A stretch of 33,310 nucleotides of DNA from Jimgerdemannia flammicorona (Eukaryota). Location of the stretch: assembly GCA_003990765.1 (NCBI GenBank), contig RBNJ01000316.1:1-33310 (forward strand). The letters are read 5' to 3'. The notes beneath the pieces were generated by a model. That model had not been told where the DNA came from and made no database searches. It was given only the letters and a program-made list of their open reading frames with translations. Positions within the stretch are counted from its first letter, which is position 1. Every line of letters begins with the position of its first letter. The translations under genes were made by a program, and so were the position numbers. This document shows positions 11,813-24,274 of this stretch, in pieces.

Positions 11813-13257
11813 TGTAACAGTAATCCCAGAATAATGACATCAGCTTAGAATACAAGAAGATCATATGATATATGAGATGAGTAATAATGACCAACTGTGA
11901 GTCATTGTGACCACAGTATGGGTATCTTGAGGAATATAAAAAAAAGAATCAAAGAACTGCAGTAGCAGCAACTAATAAACCCACCAATTCCAAATAGCTC
12001 AAAGACTTACCACAAATAAAATATCTACTACTCACTAAACCTCAAGGTCAAGGAACTATCAAGATATCTCAGTAGAAGAAAGAATATTCCAAGACATCAG
12101 AAGAGCCATGATGACTAGCTCAAGAAGGACTCCTAGTGTCAACCTGGGTACTGGTGACTCTTATTATTATATTCTCTACTGTCATGAAATAGAAACAAGG
12201 ATCACCATTGCTACCGAATACCTTCAAATATGACAGGAATGAAATAGGAAACCTCCTCTACTGGAAGTTCCCACAAGCCAGTACTCAAGAGCTATAAGAT
12301 GCTATTTCTATAGATATATATGAAATAAGGACAGCTAAGAAGATACATCAGATCTTCAGGTATGTACTATAATCAATCTCCAACTTAGAGTATATTAGAG
12401 TCTCAGATTTCAGAGATCTATCAGCCCACCATATCAATACACTAGAAGCCAGAGTAGCTACAGAAGTCCAGTCTACTATTACTCTTAATAGTGACAAAGT
12501 AGAAGACTTCTGGTATCCCATCCTCTAGGACAACCCAGACTAATTCCTATAAGAATTGATCTTAGTATTCCAAGGCCCAAGCATCCAGATTAGATCTCTC
12601 CAAGATTCCACATTTGTCCCCTATTTTGTGGAAGAGAATCTCATTCCTTGTTCCTGTCACTGCCAAATGTGATGACATCATCAGTGATGACATCATCCCA
12701 TGTAACATATATGAGATGTGCATCAATAACAAATTCATAGACCTCATCTCCTTCGAAGACATCCTGACCTCTGATGAGGATGAAGCCTCTATGGTCTTGA
12801 ACATTCTGCTCTAAAGTTCTGATGTGACACTGAATTGTACCAGTACTGGTATTCTGATGTGATACTGAATTATTCTAGTACTATTTTCCTATATCATCGA
12901 AATTATACTAGTATTCTGAACCTGTACAACCATCAGTACCAACCCTGGAACTTAGTAGTTTTTCCTGTTCTGGTATTTTATTTTAGTTATTATTTAGCTT
13001 TATATCTTAGCAACCATTGAATTATATTTTATATAAATACTCCTCTTATTTCCTCTGAAATAAAGTCAGTCAAGTTCACTTATATACACTTCCTTGTAAG
13101 CAATCTAAGAGATAACAAGACAGTTCAAAGATAAGAAGTTTGAGGACTATAAGATCTTGGGAAGGCACTCCAATAATAACTTACTTATAACAAACTTAAG
13201 TTAGTCTAAGAGATATATCTTGACATATTTAAAGAACTCAGTGACCACTACATAATA
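11813..13257 (+). repeat. Gypsy A 5' LTR (~1445 bp)
   Basis: Direct repeat of 24264-25810. TATAAA at 13032, AATAAA at 13059, followed by act-TGGTACCC (PBS). Confidence 0.9.
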
Positions 13258-13260
13258 ACT

Positions 13261-13280
13261 TGGTACCCATTGGCTGGTGA
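13261..13280 (+). promoter_or_regulatory. Primer-binding-site-like sequence of Gypsy A
   Basis: TGGTACCCATTGGCTGGTGA lies 3 nt after the LTR; the sister element has TGGTGTCCATTAGCTGGTAA at 28900. Cognate tRNA not assigned. Confidence 0.7.
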
Positions 13281-13383
13281 TTCAAGATGAATCCCTCACT
13301 TTCAAGCTGAAAAACAAATAACCACCACAACAACTACCCTGATTACAAGAGTAACCCCTATAAGAATTCAAGATAAGATAGAA

Positions 13384-15248
13384 ATGTATCCTCTCACATT
13401 CTATGGATATGTATACTACTGAAGAGTCAATCCTGACCTTCATTGAAGACTTTGAAAAATTTATCACTATACAGGCTCTTTATATAGATGTGCAATTGAT
13501 CCTTCTACCAGTCAGCCTCAGAGGACCTACCAGAGACAAGTTCAATGCAGCCACTATTGCTGATAATGGTGCAGCCAAACTTGCCAATATGAAGACCTTC
13601 CTCAGAATAATATACTATACTGAAGAGATCAAGCAAGCTCTCAAGGATCAACTCAACACTATCTGCCAGGAACTTAGTGAAGATTCCAACTCATTCTATA
13701 CCTGAATCTGCCACCAGATTGTCTTAGCTGGCTATGATGATGCTCTCAAGAAATAAATAGCAGATTCAACCTTCCTCAAAGAAGTTCACCCTTAAATTTC
13801 TCTAGCAATCTGATCTACCCTAGCTGCACTGACCCTTGATCAGAAAGTAGTCTTTATATAGAGATATTGGACTGCTAGACACTCTGCTGAACACTCAATG
13901 GAGAAAATAACTGGTATCAAGATGGAGTCATCAAAGCCAACTAGTATCATACCTGCTATAGTTGTAAACAGACAACTATCCCCACCTATCTCCAAGACAA
14001 CCAAAGCTGACCCAGTGGAGGAACTTACCAAGCAGTTTGCTGAGATGACTACACACCTTGGTGATGTTGTTAGAGAAGTCTAAAGTGCCAACAGGAGACC
14101 AGTGTGGAGATTTGCAGCTGCTATAAAATAATGCAATATCATATACTTTAGATGTAAAGAAGAAGGCCACTATACAAAGAATTGCATAATCAAAATAAGA
14201 TGCAAAGCCCAACTAAGCAATGCTAGCAGAACTAGAGAACAAACCAATATAGTTGTCATTGAGAAGATTGGTGATACTGATGATGAAGAATACTATGAGG
14301 AGCTTGAATTCTACCCTACTACTGAAGATACCAGAACCCAGTCCAAGCCCTATGACAAGAAGAGCAACAGCAAGCCAGTTGGAAGACCAAAGAAGACTCT
14401 AGCTGTCACTATTCAAAGTAAGACTCAATCCAAGGAGATTGATCAAGATATGGAGTTAGATGAAGCTACTCACCAAATCATTGAAGACACTACTCTAGTC
14501 TCAGGAGAAAGTAAAAGCAAGAAGAAACAGAAGCTGCACAAGACCAAGATCCACCAGTATGATATCTATAAGAATCTTAAGGAACAGAAGGTCAATACTA
14601 CTTTTGGAAAGCTAGCCAAAGTTCCTGCCTTCAGACAGTAGTTGAGAGTAGGACTTGTAACTATTACCAAGAATTAAGAGTACAAGATTGTAGAAGCTCA
14701 CAATGTACAGGAAGAATCAGAAGACTCAGGTGAAGAATCTGAAGACCAGTGCAAGATATCAGCCTATACCCCATATCAGATTGAAGATTATATCTTTGAT
14801 ACTATCATTGATACCAGTGCTGGAGGATGCCTTATGAGTAAGAAGACAATTGACCACCTAGGCTGGGACATTGAAGAGTCCACCAAGATAGTCTATATTA
14901 TAGTAGATGGTACACTAGCTATTCTCCTTGGCAAAATCCAAGAAGTCCCTATTAAGATAGGAGGAGTTACCATCCTAGTAGATGTGATTGTTACAAGCAC
15001 CACCAACTATAATATTCTCATTGGTAACCAATGGCTTCATAAGACCAAGGCCATCATTGACCTCAATGCCCAGAAGATATAGATCAACTATAGAGGAAGA
15101 AAGGTATGAGTCTCTATCAATATCCACAAAGGAGTCCTACCAGATATAGAGGAAGGAGATGAAGAGAACACATAAGTCTTTATGCACTTAGTGAATAAGA
15201 ACAAGAACAAGAGTAAGACACCCAAGCTTACAGATGAGCAGTGATACA
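13384..15248 (+). pseudogene. Gypsy A gag and aspartic protease (disrupted)
   Basis: Gag-like ILTFIEDFEKF...SLRGPTRDKF, zinc-knuckle remnant CKEEGHYTKNC (~14150-14190), protease IIDTSAGGCLMS...ILIGNQWL. Many stop codons. Confidence 0.85.
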
Positions 15249-15414
15249 TGTTGAGATTTCTAGCTAATCAACTCGGTATGTAGCTCACGTGAAGGTGGTG
15301 CAGCTCACATGTGAGGACGTCATCAGTAGAAACGTCATCAACACGTAAATATGCGCTTCGCACATATCAATAAAGATTGCTCCTTTATCCCTCAAATTCC
15401 AGTATTTCACAATA
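15249..15414 (+). repeat. Young Copia 5' LTR (166 bp)
   Basis: TGTTG...CAATA; 152/166 identical to 20369-20534. Confidence 0.95.
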
Positions 15415-15426
15415 GGTTATGAGCCC
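15415..15426 (+). promoter_or_regulatory. Copia PBS of the half-tRNA(iMet) type
   Basis: GGTTATGAGCCC directly after the LTR, resembling the Drosophila copia-type PBS GGTTATGGGCCC. Confidence 0.85.
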
Positions 15427-15488
15427 TGGTTAGTGGCTAACCAAAACACCTCTTTAATATACGCTACACTACTCTATGCGCAAAAGAG

Positions 15489-18400
15489 ATGTCGAATACG
15501 CCAGGGAGTCCCTCGGTGGGTGCCGGAACAGGTACCGGAACGGGTGCCGGAATGGGTACCGGAACGGGTACCAGAACAGCCCCAGCGGCAACTACTATGA
15601 CCGTCACGACGACGTCAATTCCAGCCCCAGCGGCTATTACGACAGTGCAAACGTCCAAGAGGTCCATCTCTGTCTTCGATGGGAAATATTATGCAATCTG
15701 GGCCTATCATATGAAGAATCTCCTTATCGAATGTGGCTTGGCGGACTACTGGAAGCCGCAAGCACAGATTACGGGATACAATGTCGCTAACGACGAGAGA
15801 GCCTTACGCGAGATTACGTTCACACTATCTAACGCACAACTGAAACACGTCATCTACACTACAACAGCAAACGAAGCCTGGGAGATCTTACGCGATCTAT
15901 ACCAAAAGGACTCCGCCTCGAACAGATTCCACTTGAAATCGCAACTATTCAGCCTACGGATGAAGTCCAAGGAGACAATCTGTAAATACGCCGATCGGGT
16001 TGACGAGCTGACGAATCACATTAACGCTCTAAGCGCACCAGCGGATTACGTCAAGGACGACGACAAGGTCCTGGCCCTTACACGTGGCCTTCCCGAGGCG
16101 TATAATATCGTTGTCATCGCGATGAGGGAGAGCGGTAAGCTTTCGGACTACAAACACGTGATAACGAGCCTCCAGAACGTAGAATCTCAGGCACAGGAGA
16201 ACAACAATGACGAAAGAGCACTCTACGGCTCGCGTGGATGAGGCAAAAAGCAGCGCAAGGGTCAACACGGCAAAAGCCAGCGTGACAAAAGCCAGCAAGG
16301 CCAAGACCAATCAGAGAAATTCGACGGGAGCTGCTATTATTGCGGCAAGTATGGACACCATGCGAATGAATGCATGAAAAAGGAAAAGGACAAGGGTGGA
16401 AAGAAAGGAAAGAGTGGCAAGCAAGCGAATAGTGCAGATTCTAACGCTGATAAGGGAGGATTGTTCTTCACCAATGTAGATTCGGACCCTTTTGGACCAG
16501 TGAAAAATGCGTAAGCCACCCCGACATCTACGAGATCTAGTTCTACATCCACCAGCGCCAGTTCTACCTGCAAATGCGCTTACTCGACATCTACGGAACC
16601 CGACATTCAGAATACTTTTCAAGGTGCGAAAAGTGGCGGTGACATAAACAGCACGTGCGCCAGCGCCAGAGACGAGTATACACCAAGCGCTAACATTACA
16701 TGCGACGAAGAGGACATCTGGCTCCTAGATTCGGGCGCATCCCAGCATATGACTTCACACCGCAAGTGGTTCTCTACATATGAACCCTTTGACAACCCCG
16801 TGCATATCAGATTGGGCGATAATAAGGTTATATATGCTCAGGGGAAGGGCAACGTCAGCATGTATTTGCATGGAAACATTAAGGAACCCTACGCGACCTT
16901 TATGGATGTACTGTATGCTCCAGGGATAGGAAAGAACCTCTTCTCGATGGGTCGAACACTAGCACGAGGGGATAAGCGAATCTCAGGAACATGCAATGGC
17001 GTGAAGATATACGATCTCGACGGCAAAGAAGTATTAATGACCAGGAAGCATGGATACTTATACGCAATAAACGGAATGCCAAGTGGCACAGCTGCGGTGA
17101 ATGCAGCGTGGTCTGGAACGACCAGCGTAGTGTATACCTGGCACTGGAGACTCGGACATATCAGCCCGACAAGCCTCGAACGTATGATAAGGAATGGTTC
17201 AGTGAGCGGACTCCCGGACAACTTATGCCCGGACCATATGCCATGTGATGATTGCGCGATAAACAAGGCCTGTCAACAACCCTTCCAGGAACAGATGAAA
17301 CGAGCCTCAGGGATACTCGATTTGGTATACTCAGACGTATGGGGACCTGCGAGAAATAAATCACACTCTGGGAAGAAGTATTTTATTATGTTCATCGACG
17401 ACTATATGTGCAAGGTCTACGTATACCTTATGGCGGCGAAGAGCGAAGCTTTGGAAAAATTCGGAGAATACAAGGCTATCATCGAAAACGAGACCGGACG
17501 TAAAATTCGAGCACTACGCTCAGATAATGGTAAGGAGTACGTTAATAATCAGTTCAAGAACTTCTTGACGAGACACGGGATAAAACACCAAACGACGGCT
17601 CCCTATACGCCTCAGCAGAATGGCGTAGCGGAGCGTTTTAACCGAATGGTAGTGGAGATGGCCCGTACAATGCTCAACGCGGCCGATCTATCGAAGCCCT
17701 TTTGGACCGAAGCGGTGAATACGGCGGTGTATATACGCAATAGGTGTATTTCTCGAGCTCTAAGCAAGGATGCTTGTGGCAATGATCAGCAATCCAGGAA
17801 TGAGGATAATGCTACGCCACATCAGCTATGGAGTGGAAATCGGCCCGATATCTCACATCTATGCATATTCGGAAGTGAAGCCTACGTGCTAGATAAAAGC
17901 AGAAATAAGGATAAGTTTGATCCAAAGGCTACTAAGCATGTGTTCCTCGGGTATAGCAACGGTTGCAAAGCGTATAGGCTGTAGAATCCAAGGAAGCGGA
18001 GAATTGTTAACTCCCGTGACGTTACATTTAAGGAACCCAGTGTACAGGATTCACACGTGAATATTGAGAAGACGACTACAATTATACATACGCTTCCGGG
18101 AATGCCCCTGGCAATCAACCTTACACCTCCAGCGGCCAGTACTACGCCTCCGGCGAGTCCTCCGGTCACACCCCTGAAGACACCCCCGAAAATGTCACCT
18201 ATCCCGGCGAGGATTCCTTCGCCACCTCCTGGACTGAGGATAACTGAGATAAGGGATAGCGATGACGAGACTAGCGAAGCGGAGATGATTCTCCCATCTA
18301 CGAAAGGTAAACAAAAGCGCAAATCCAGGATATTGGATATGGATCTAGGAGACTATTGGAATGTTCTGAAGACCTGACGCAAGCATCACGTGAACTATGC

Positions 18401-20030
18401 TTGCGAGTGCGCATACTTGACAACGGTGGATCCACGATCATATGACGAAGCCGTATCCTCCCCTGATAGCAAGGAGTGGAAGTGAGCGATGGATGAAGAG
18501 TATAATTCGCTCATCAGCAATGGTACTTGGGATCTAGTACCTCTTCCGAGGGATCGTCAAGCTATAGGATCTTGTTGGGTATATAAAGTTAAGCGTCAAA
18601 GCAATGGAAGCGTAGAGCGGTACAAGGCACGCTTCGTTGCTAAGGGATATTTACAGGATTACGGCGTAGACTACGACGAGACGTTCTCTCCCGTATTCAA
18701 GCTCACTTCTCTATGCATACTACTGGCTATCGGCGCCGAGTACGATTACGAAATACAGCAGATGGACATTAAGACTGTGTTCCTGAACGGTGACGTAGAT
18801 ACGGAACTATACGTCCAACAGCTGCAAGGATACGAACTATACGATGGGCAGAAAGAGCTCGTATGCAAACTACGTAAAGGGTTATATGGAATCAAGCAAG
18901 CGGCGAGACTATGGAATCGGAAGATCGATCAATATCTGCTTGACAACGGATTTCGGCGGTGCGAAGCGGATCCATGCATATATATGCGACATACATCCTC
19001 AGGAACGGTATACTTGGGGATATGGGTCGATGACATCATAATCGTTGGCAAGAGGAGCCAAGTTAACAAAGTAAAAGCTACGCTATGCCAGGAATTCGAG
19101 ATGATAGACTTAGGCGATGCGTCCTTCTTATTGGGAATAGCGATTACACGTGACAGAAACAAGCGCGCTATACACCTATCCCAAGCCACCTACGCTAAGC
19201 AAGTACTTGAATGATTCAGGATGAGCGATTGTAAGCCAGTGGCGACGCCAATGGAAACTACGACGAGGCTAAGGAAAAGTGACCCTACGCCCGACAAGAA
19301 CATCCCCTATAGACAAGCGGTGGGATCCCTTATGTATCTTATGTAAGAAACGTGACCAGACATCTCCTATGCAGTAAACAAAGTGGCGCAGTATGCCTCA
19401 TGCTATGACAACTCGCATTGGACGGCAATTAAGCGCATATTCAGGTACATCAAAGGAACAGCGGACTATACGCTCAGTTTGGGCGATGATAAAGGACAAA
19501 GCGGGAGTCACATGCATGTCTCCAGAGCTTGCGACGCTGATTGGGCCAGCGACCTCGACGACCGGCGCTCTACAACCGGATATCTCTTCCATATCGGCAA
19601 AGGGGTTATCTCGTGGCAAACACGTAAGCAATCATCGGTGGCCACATCCTCTATGCAAGCGGAATATCAAGCATTGTCCACAGCAACTAAGGAAGCCGTA
19701 TGGCTATGGAAATTACTAAAGGAATTAGGGTATACTCAGAAATGAGACTCTACGCTGATCTTACAGGATAATCAATCTATGATTGCATTAGCAAAGAACC
19801 CTATACATCATGCAAGGACTAAGCATATCGACATTCAACATCATTATATAGGTGAATGCGTGGAAAACGGTACTATATGCCTGGAATATATGCCAACGGA
19901 GTCTATGACGGCGGATTCTCTTACGAAGGCCCTTCCAAGGCCAAAATTCGAACACTGCGTGCAAGGGATGTGTCTTACGAGCAACCCTACGCTATGGCCA
20001 GGATTCAGGGACCACCAACAACAACAATAA
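15489..20030 (+). pseudogene. Copia Gag-Pol polyprotein (~1513 codons) with 9 in-frame stops and no frameshift
   Basis: FDGKYYAIW gag, CYYCGKYGHHANEC knuckle, WLLDSGASQHM protease, WHWRLGH/CDDC, YSDVWGP..RSDNGKEY..NGVAER integrase, YKARFVAKG..QMDIKTVF..WVDD RT, CDADWA..AEY..DNQS..KHIDI RNase H. All ORF pieces share one frame. Confidence 0.95.
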
Positions 20031-20368
20031 TCGACGCAAATCATGAGACTTTCCTAACAGCAAAAAGCCTCCAACATATACATCTTACATCCCCTATGAA
20101 CATTGCACATCCGTACTGCATTTCTATTTGCAAGCAAGCAAGCAAACATTTCAAGCGGACATCCATTTCGGACATTCGGACTGTTTATCAGTTCCTAGCG
20201 CACCCTTTCTACTATGTATTCTACCTATTTTAGTGCTTATAAGCAGGGAATTCGGACATTTTTAGGTTGATAGATAGCACCCATTCTACCTATCATTTCC
20301 TGCATTGCATTCATTAGTTAGTTAGCATGCATTTCTGCAGTTTGAGCGCATATCTCATTGAGCGGGAG

Positions 20369-20534
20369 TGTTGAGATTTCTAGCTAATCAACTCAGTATG
20401 TAGCTCACATGAAGGTGGCACAGCTCACGTGTGAGGATGTCATTAGTGGAAATATCATCAATGCGTAAATATGCACTTCGCGCATATCAATAAAGATTGC
20501 TCCTTTATCCCTCAAATTCCAGTATTTCACAATA
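20369..20534 (+). repeat. Young Copia 3' LTR (166 bp), preceded by PPT TTGAGCGGGAG
   Basis: Direct repeat of 15249-15414, followed by TSD ATACA. Confidence 0.95.
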
Positions 20535-20760
20535 ATACAACATGATCATTGATGGCTATATCCCTCAAGGAAGATGCCCCTATGGTATTAGGATGTACTG
20601 CTCTGAACACCTGAATGACTGCTGGTCCTATATCAGTGAAGTCAGGAAAATCTGCTAACAGAAACATAAGTAAAGAGCTACTGAAGTAAAAAGGAAAGCT
20701 GAAGAAGATGACCAGCTCCCCAAGCTTCAAGCTAATAGTGATGATAAGGAGGAATAAGAA

Positions 20761-21183
20761 TCAGATATCACCCTCAAGGTCAAGAAGTTTTACCCTGAAG
20801 CTAAGATCCCAGAATACAAGACTGAAGGAGCCATAGGAATAGACCTTGCCAGCATTCAAGATGCTACTCTTGAACCACAGACCACCACCCTACTTGGTAC
20901 TAGAATTGGAGTCAAGCTACCAGAGAATCATACTAGAATTATCAAGACCAGGAGCAGTCTGGTCAAAAGTGAAATCTCAGTTAAAGGAGGAGTAATTGAC
21001 CCTGATTACACTGGCAAGATCTTCCTTATAGTCAGAAATCACAACCCCATCACCCCATTCAAAGTCAAGAAGCATGACAGGATTGGTCAGATGCTGATCC
21101 ACGAAATCAAGAAGCCCAAGATCACTGAAACCATCAAACTCATCAAGACCAAGAGAGAAGAACAAGACTTTGGATCTACTGAA
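20761..21183 (+). pseudogene. dut: Trimeric-type dUTPase domain within Gypsy A pol
   Basis: Stop-free frame lacking an upstream ATG: KTEGAIGIDL (motif I), KTRSSL (II), GGVIDPDYTGKI (III), DRIGQM (IV), REEQDFGSTE (eroded V). Confidence 0.92.
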
Positions 21184-21399
21184 AGAGGAGTCTATGTATG
21201 CTACCATTAAGATTACTAAACTTGAGCACAAGAAAGACAGGGACCAGAACAAGCACACATATACTATTGGAGACAACTTTCCCCTAGAAGAACAACTTCT
21301 CAAGATCCTGTACCAGAATGAAGGAGTACTTGCTACAGACTTCAGAGATATCTACAATCAAGAACTCAAGTACTATCATAAAGTTGACACTAGTAATAC

Positions 21400-23900
21400 C
21401 AAGCCCATCTACCAGAAAGCCAGACCTATATCACCTGCTTACAGAGAATAGCTGCAAGCAGAACTCAAGGAAATGGAAGAAGCTAGAATCATCAAGCAAG
21501 CTATCAGTCCCTGGGCTTCACCTATTGTCCTTGCCCTGAAGAAAGGAAGTAAGCCTGGAGAGTTTACACCAAGACTCTGCATTGACTACAGAAAGCTCAA
21601 TGCAATCATCAAGAAGGATAGGCAGCCCTTGTCAAATATTCAAGAAATCCTTACTATTCTTGGAAGCAAAGCCAAATACTATACCACCTTGGATCTGTTC
21701 TCAGACTTCCATCAGATCAGTCTCACTCAAGATGCCAGTGAGAAATCAGCCTTCATCACATCTGATACCACCTATATCTCCTGCGAATGCCATTTGAAAT
21801 GTACAATGCCCCAGCAAGTTTCTAGCAAATAATGAACAGAGTCTTCAGCAATGAGATTGGAAAATAGCTCTTTGTCTATATTGATGATATGATCATATTC
21901 AGCAATACTACACAGAAATATGTCAATTACATATAGCTAGCTCTCAAGAAGCTCAAGGAGCATGGCCTTTACATCAAGCCCAAGAAATGTAAGTTTGCAG
22001 CTCAGGAAATTGCCTACCTAGGACACCTCATCAACCAGACCAGAATCCACACAGACTCCATAAAGATTGAGACTATTACAGCCTACCTGAGACCCAGAAC
22101 AATCACAGAAGTCCATGTCTTCCTTGGACTGGCCAGCTACTACAAAAGATTCATCAAAAGATACTCCAATATTGCAGCACCTATCTATAAGCTACTAAAG
22201 AAGGAAACTAAATTCAAATGAACTAAGGAATACCAAGAAACCTTCAATGAACTCAAGACCAGATTGATCCAAGCATCTATTCTCAGAAGATCAGATTGGA
22301 ACCTAGAATTCATCCTACAGATAGATGTAAGTACTGTAGAACTTGGAGCAGTCCTAGCTCAAAAGAAAGATGGACATGAATATGTTATCTCTTATGTAAT
22401 CTAAGATACCTATAGAGTAGAACAGAACTATAAGTCATACAAGCTCGAATGCTTAGCAGTAGTTTGGGCAGTAGATAAGTCCCACTACTACCTAGCTGGG
22501 AAACACTTTACTGTTTAAACAGACCATTCTGCTCTTGCTTGACTATTCTACACTCTGAATTCCAAAGGAATATATACCAGATAGATCTACAGGCTACAAG
22601 AGTATAACTGTACTGTCAAGCACTGCTTAGGAAGAACCAATACTAATGCTGATGTACTCTCAAGGATACCCTGAAATACTCCCATCAAGACTATTCAATA
22701 TAAATAAGAAGTTATACTATGGATTAATCAGCTATCTTGTGCAGTAGAAGATACCCAACCACCTCAAACTCTGGACAATCACCATCATCAACTAGATTTA
22801 GAAATAGTTTGAATAGATAACACTATACTCAGAAAAGGAAGAAAGCTAGTAATACCTGAATACAAGAAGTATCAAGTAATGAAGGAAGTATATAAGCAAG
22901 GATACCTAGAAGGAACCAATACATATGATAAGGCAAGAAGAACTATGTGGTGGCCCAAAATAGAAGAAGAGCTATACCAATTTGTCAAAGGATGTGACAA
23001 GTGCCAAAAACAGAAATAAGATCAGCAAGACCAGGCACCTGGGTCATCAAGAATTGAGCCTATCCCCTTCCACCACATTATAATGAATATTATTGGACCA
23101 CTACCAGTAACACTATCAGAAAACCACTATATTATAGTTATTGTAGATCTCTTTACCAAATAGATAGAAGCAGGAGTATTACAAGAAGCCAATATTCTGT
23201 CTATAGCTAACTTCCTGTACTAAGAAATCATCTGCTGCTACAAGACACCAAAGCAAATCACAACAGACCATGGTACAGAATTTATCAATGGATTCTACAA
23301 GATAATGTATCAGAAATACAAGATTCAGCACATCAAGACTACTGCATACCACCCTCAAGGAAATAGATAGATAGAGAGAACCAATAAGACTCTTAAGAAC
23401 ATTCTGGCGAAGATCTCAGAGATATATGAGAATTGGGATAACTACCTCCCAACTGCCCTCTCTGTTCTATAAGATATATAGTCACAGAGCACACACTTTA
23501 CCTCAAGTAAACTGCTCTTCAGAGAAGAAGATTCTGATGAAACCTCAGCTACAAATCTAGACCTAACTTGGAGATGGGTTGATACAGAAATCTGAAGACT
23601 ACACTAAATCAGAAAGAAGGCTAAAGATTATATTATCAAGTCACAAGCACTGATAAGGAAAAATGCAGAAAAGAATCACAAGACCCTAGAACCTATCCAA
23701 ATCAGAGAAAAGGTTCTACTATATTGAAATATAGTAGAAGTCTTATGGTTGTGAAAACTAGAGCCCAAATGGAAAGGATCCTTCTATGTGTAAGATACAT
23801 ATCAAGAGAACTACCTTCTGGCTTAGAAAAATCACAGGGACTATACTGTCTATCATGGTACATAGAAACAGACTCAAGAAGTACTATGAACCTATATAAG
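21400..23900 (+). pseudogene. Gypsy A reverse transcriptase, RNase H and integrase (disrupted)
   Basis: RT: SPWASPIVL, RLCIDYRKLN, LDLFSDFHQI, VYIDDMIIF. RNase H: FILQIDVS, LECLAVVWAV, TDHSAL, NADVLSR. Integrase: CDKCQ, IIGPLP, TTDHGTEF, TTAYHPQGN. Confidence 0.92.
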
Positions 23901-24274
23901 AGAAGCAAAATGTAATGATCACCTATGAGGTTCTAGTCTGTGAATCATAACAGCATATCTTGTAACCAGCAGGCTATCTGTCTGGACCATTCTCTAAGAG
24001 ATATGGTACCAGCAACTACTCATTCATGAGACTTTCGAAGCCAGAGGAGTTTGAACCATCAACTGATTAATCAAGATCAGAATCAGGCCCTTGCTCTATA
24101 TGAAGGGAGTAACTCTTCACCATCATGCCAAAATACAAAGAGAAGACACCAGCTCATAAATACCACTTTTCAACCCCTTGCTAGAGGTTATGGGATCAGC
24201 AAATTTTTCAGGACTAGACTAATGAACAAGGACATTCAAGAAGATTCTTATTCAGGAGAAAGATGTAACAGTGA

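Larger units (their letters stand above)
15249..20534 (+). mobile_element. Young full-length Ty1/Copia LTR retrotransposon (5286 bp)
   Basis: 166-bp LTRs, perfect 5-bp TSD ATACA (15244-15248 and 20535-20539), PBS, PPT, and order gag-PR-IN-RT-RH. Confidence 0.97.

Noticed and set aside
15521..15577. 12-bp tandem repeat near the Copia start
   Set aside because: Simply encodes a Gly/Thr low-complexity Gag N-terminus.
23550..24263. Chromodomain or env gene after the Gypsy integrase
   Set aside because: No chromodomain aromatic-cage pattern, signal peptide or TM segment recognisable.
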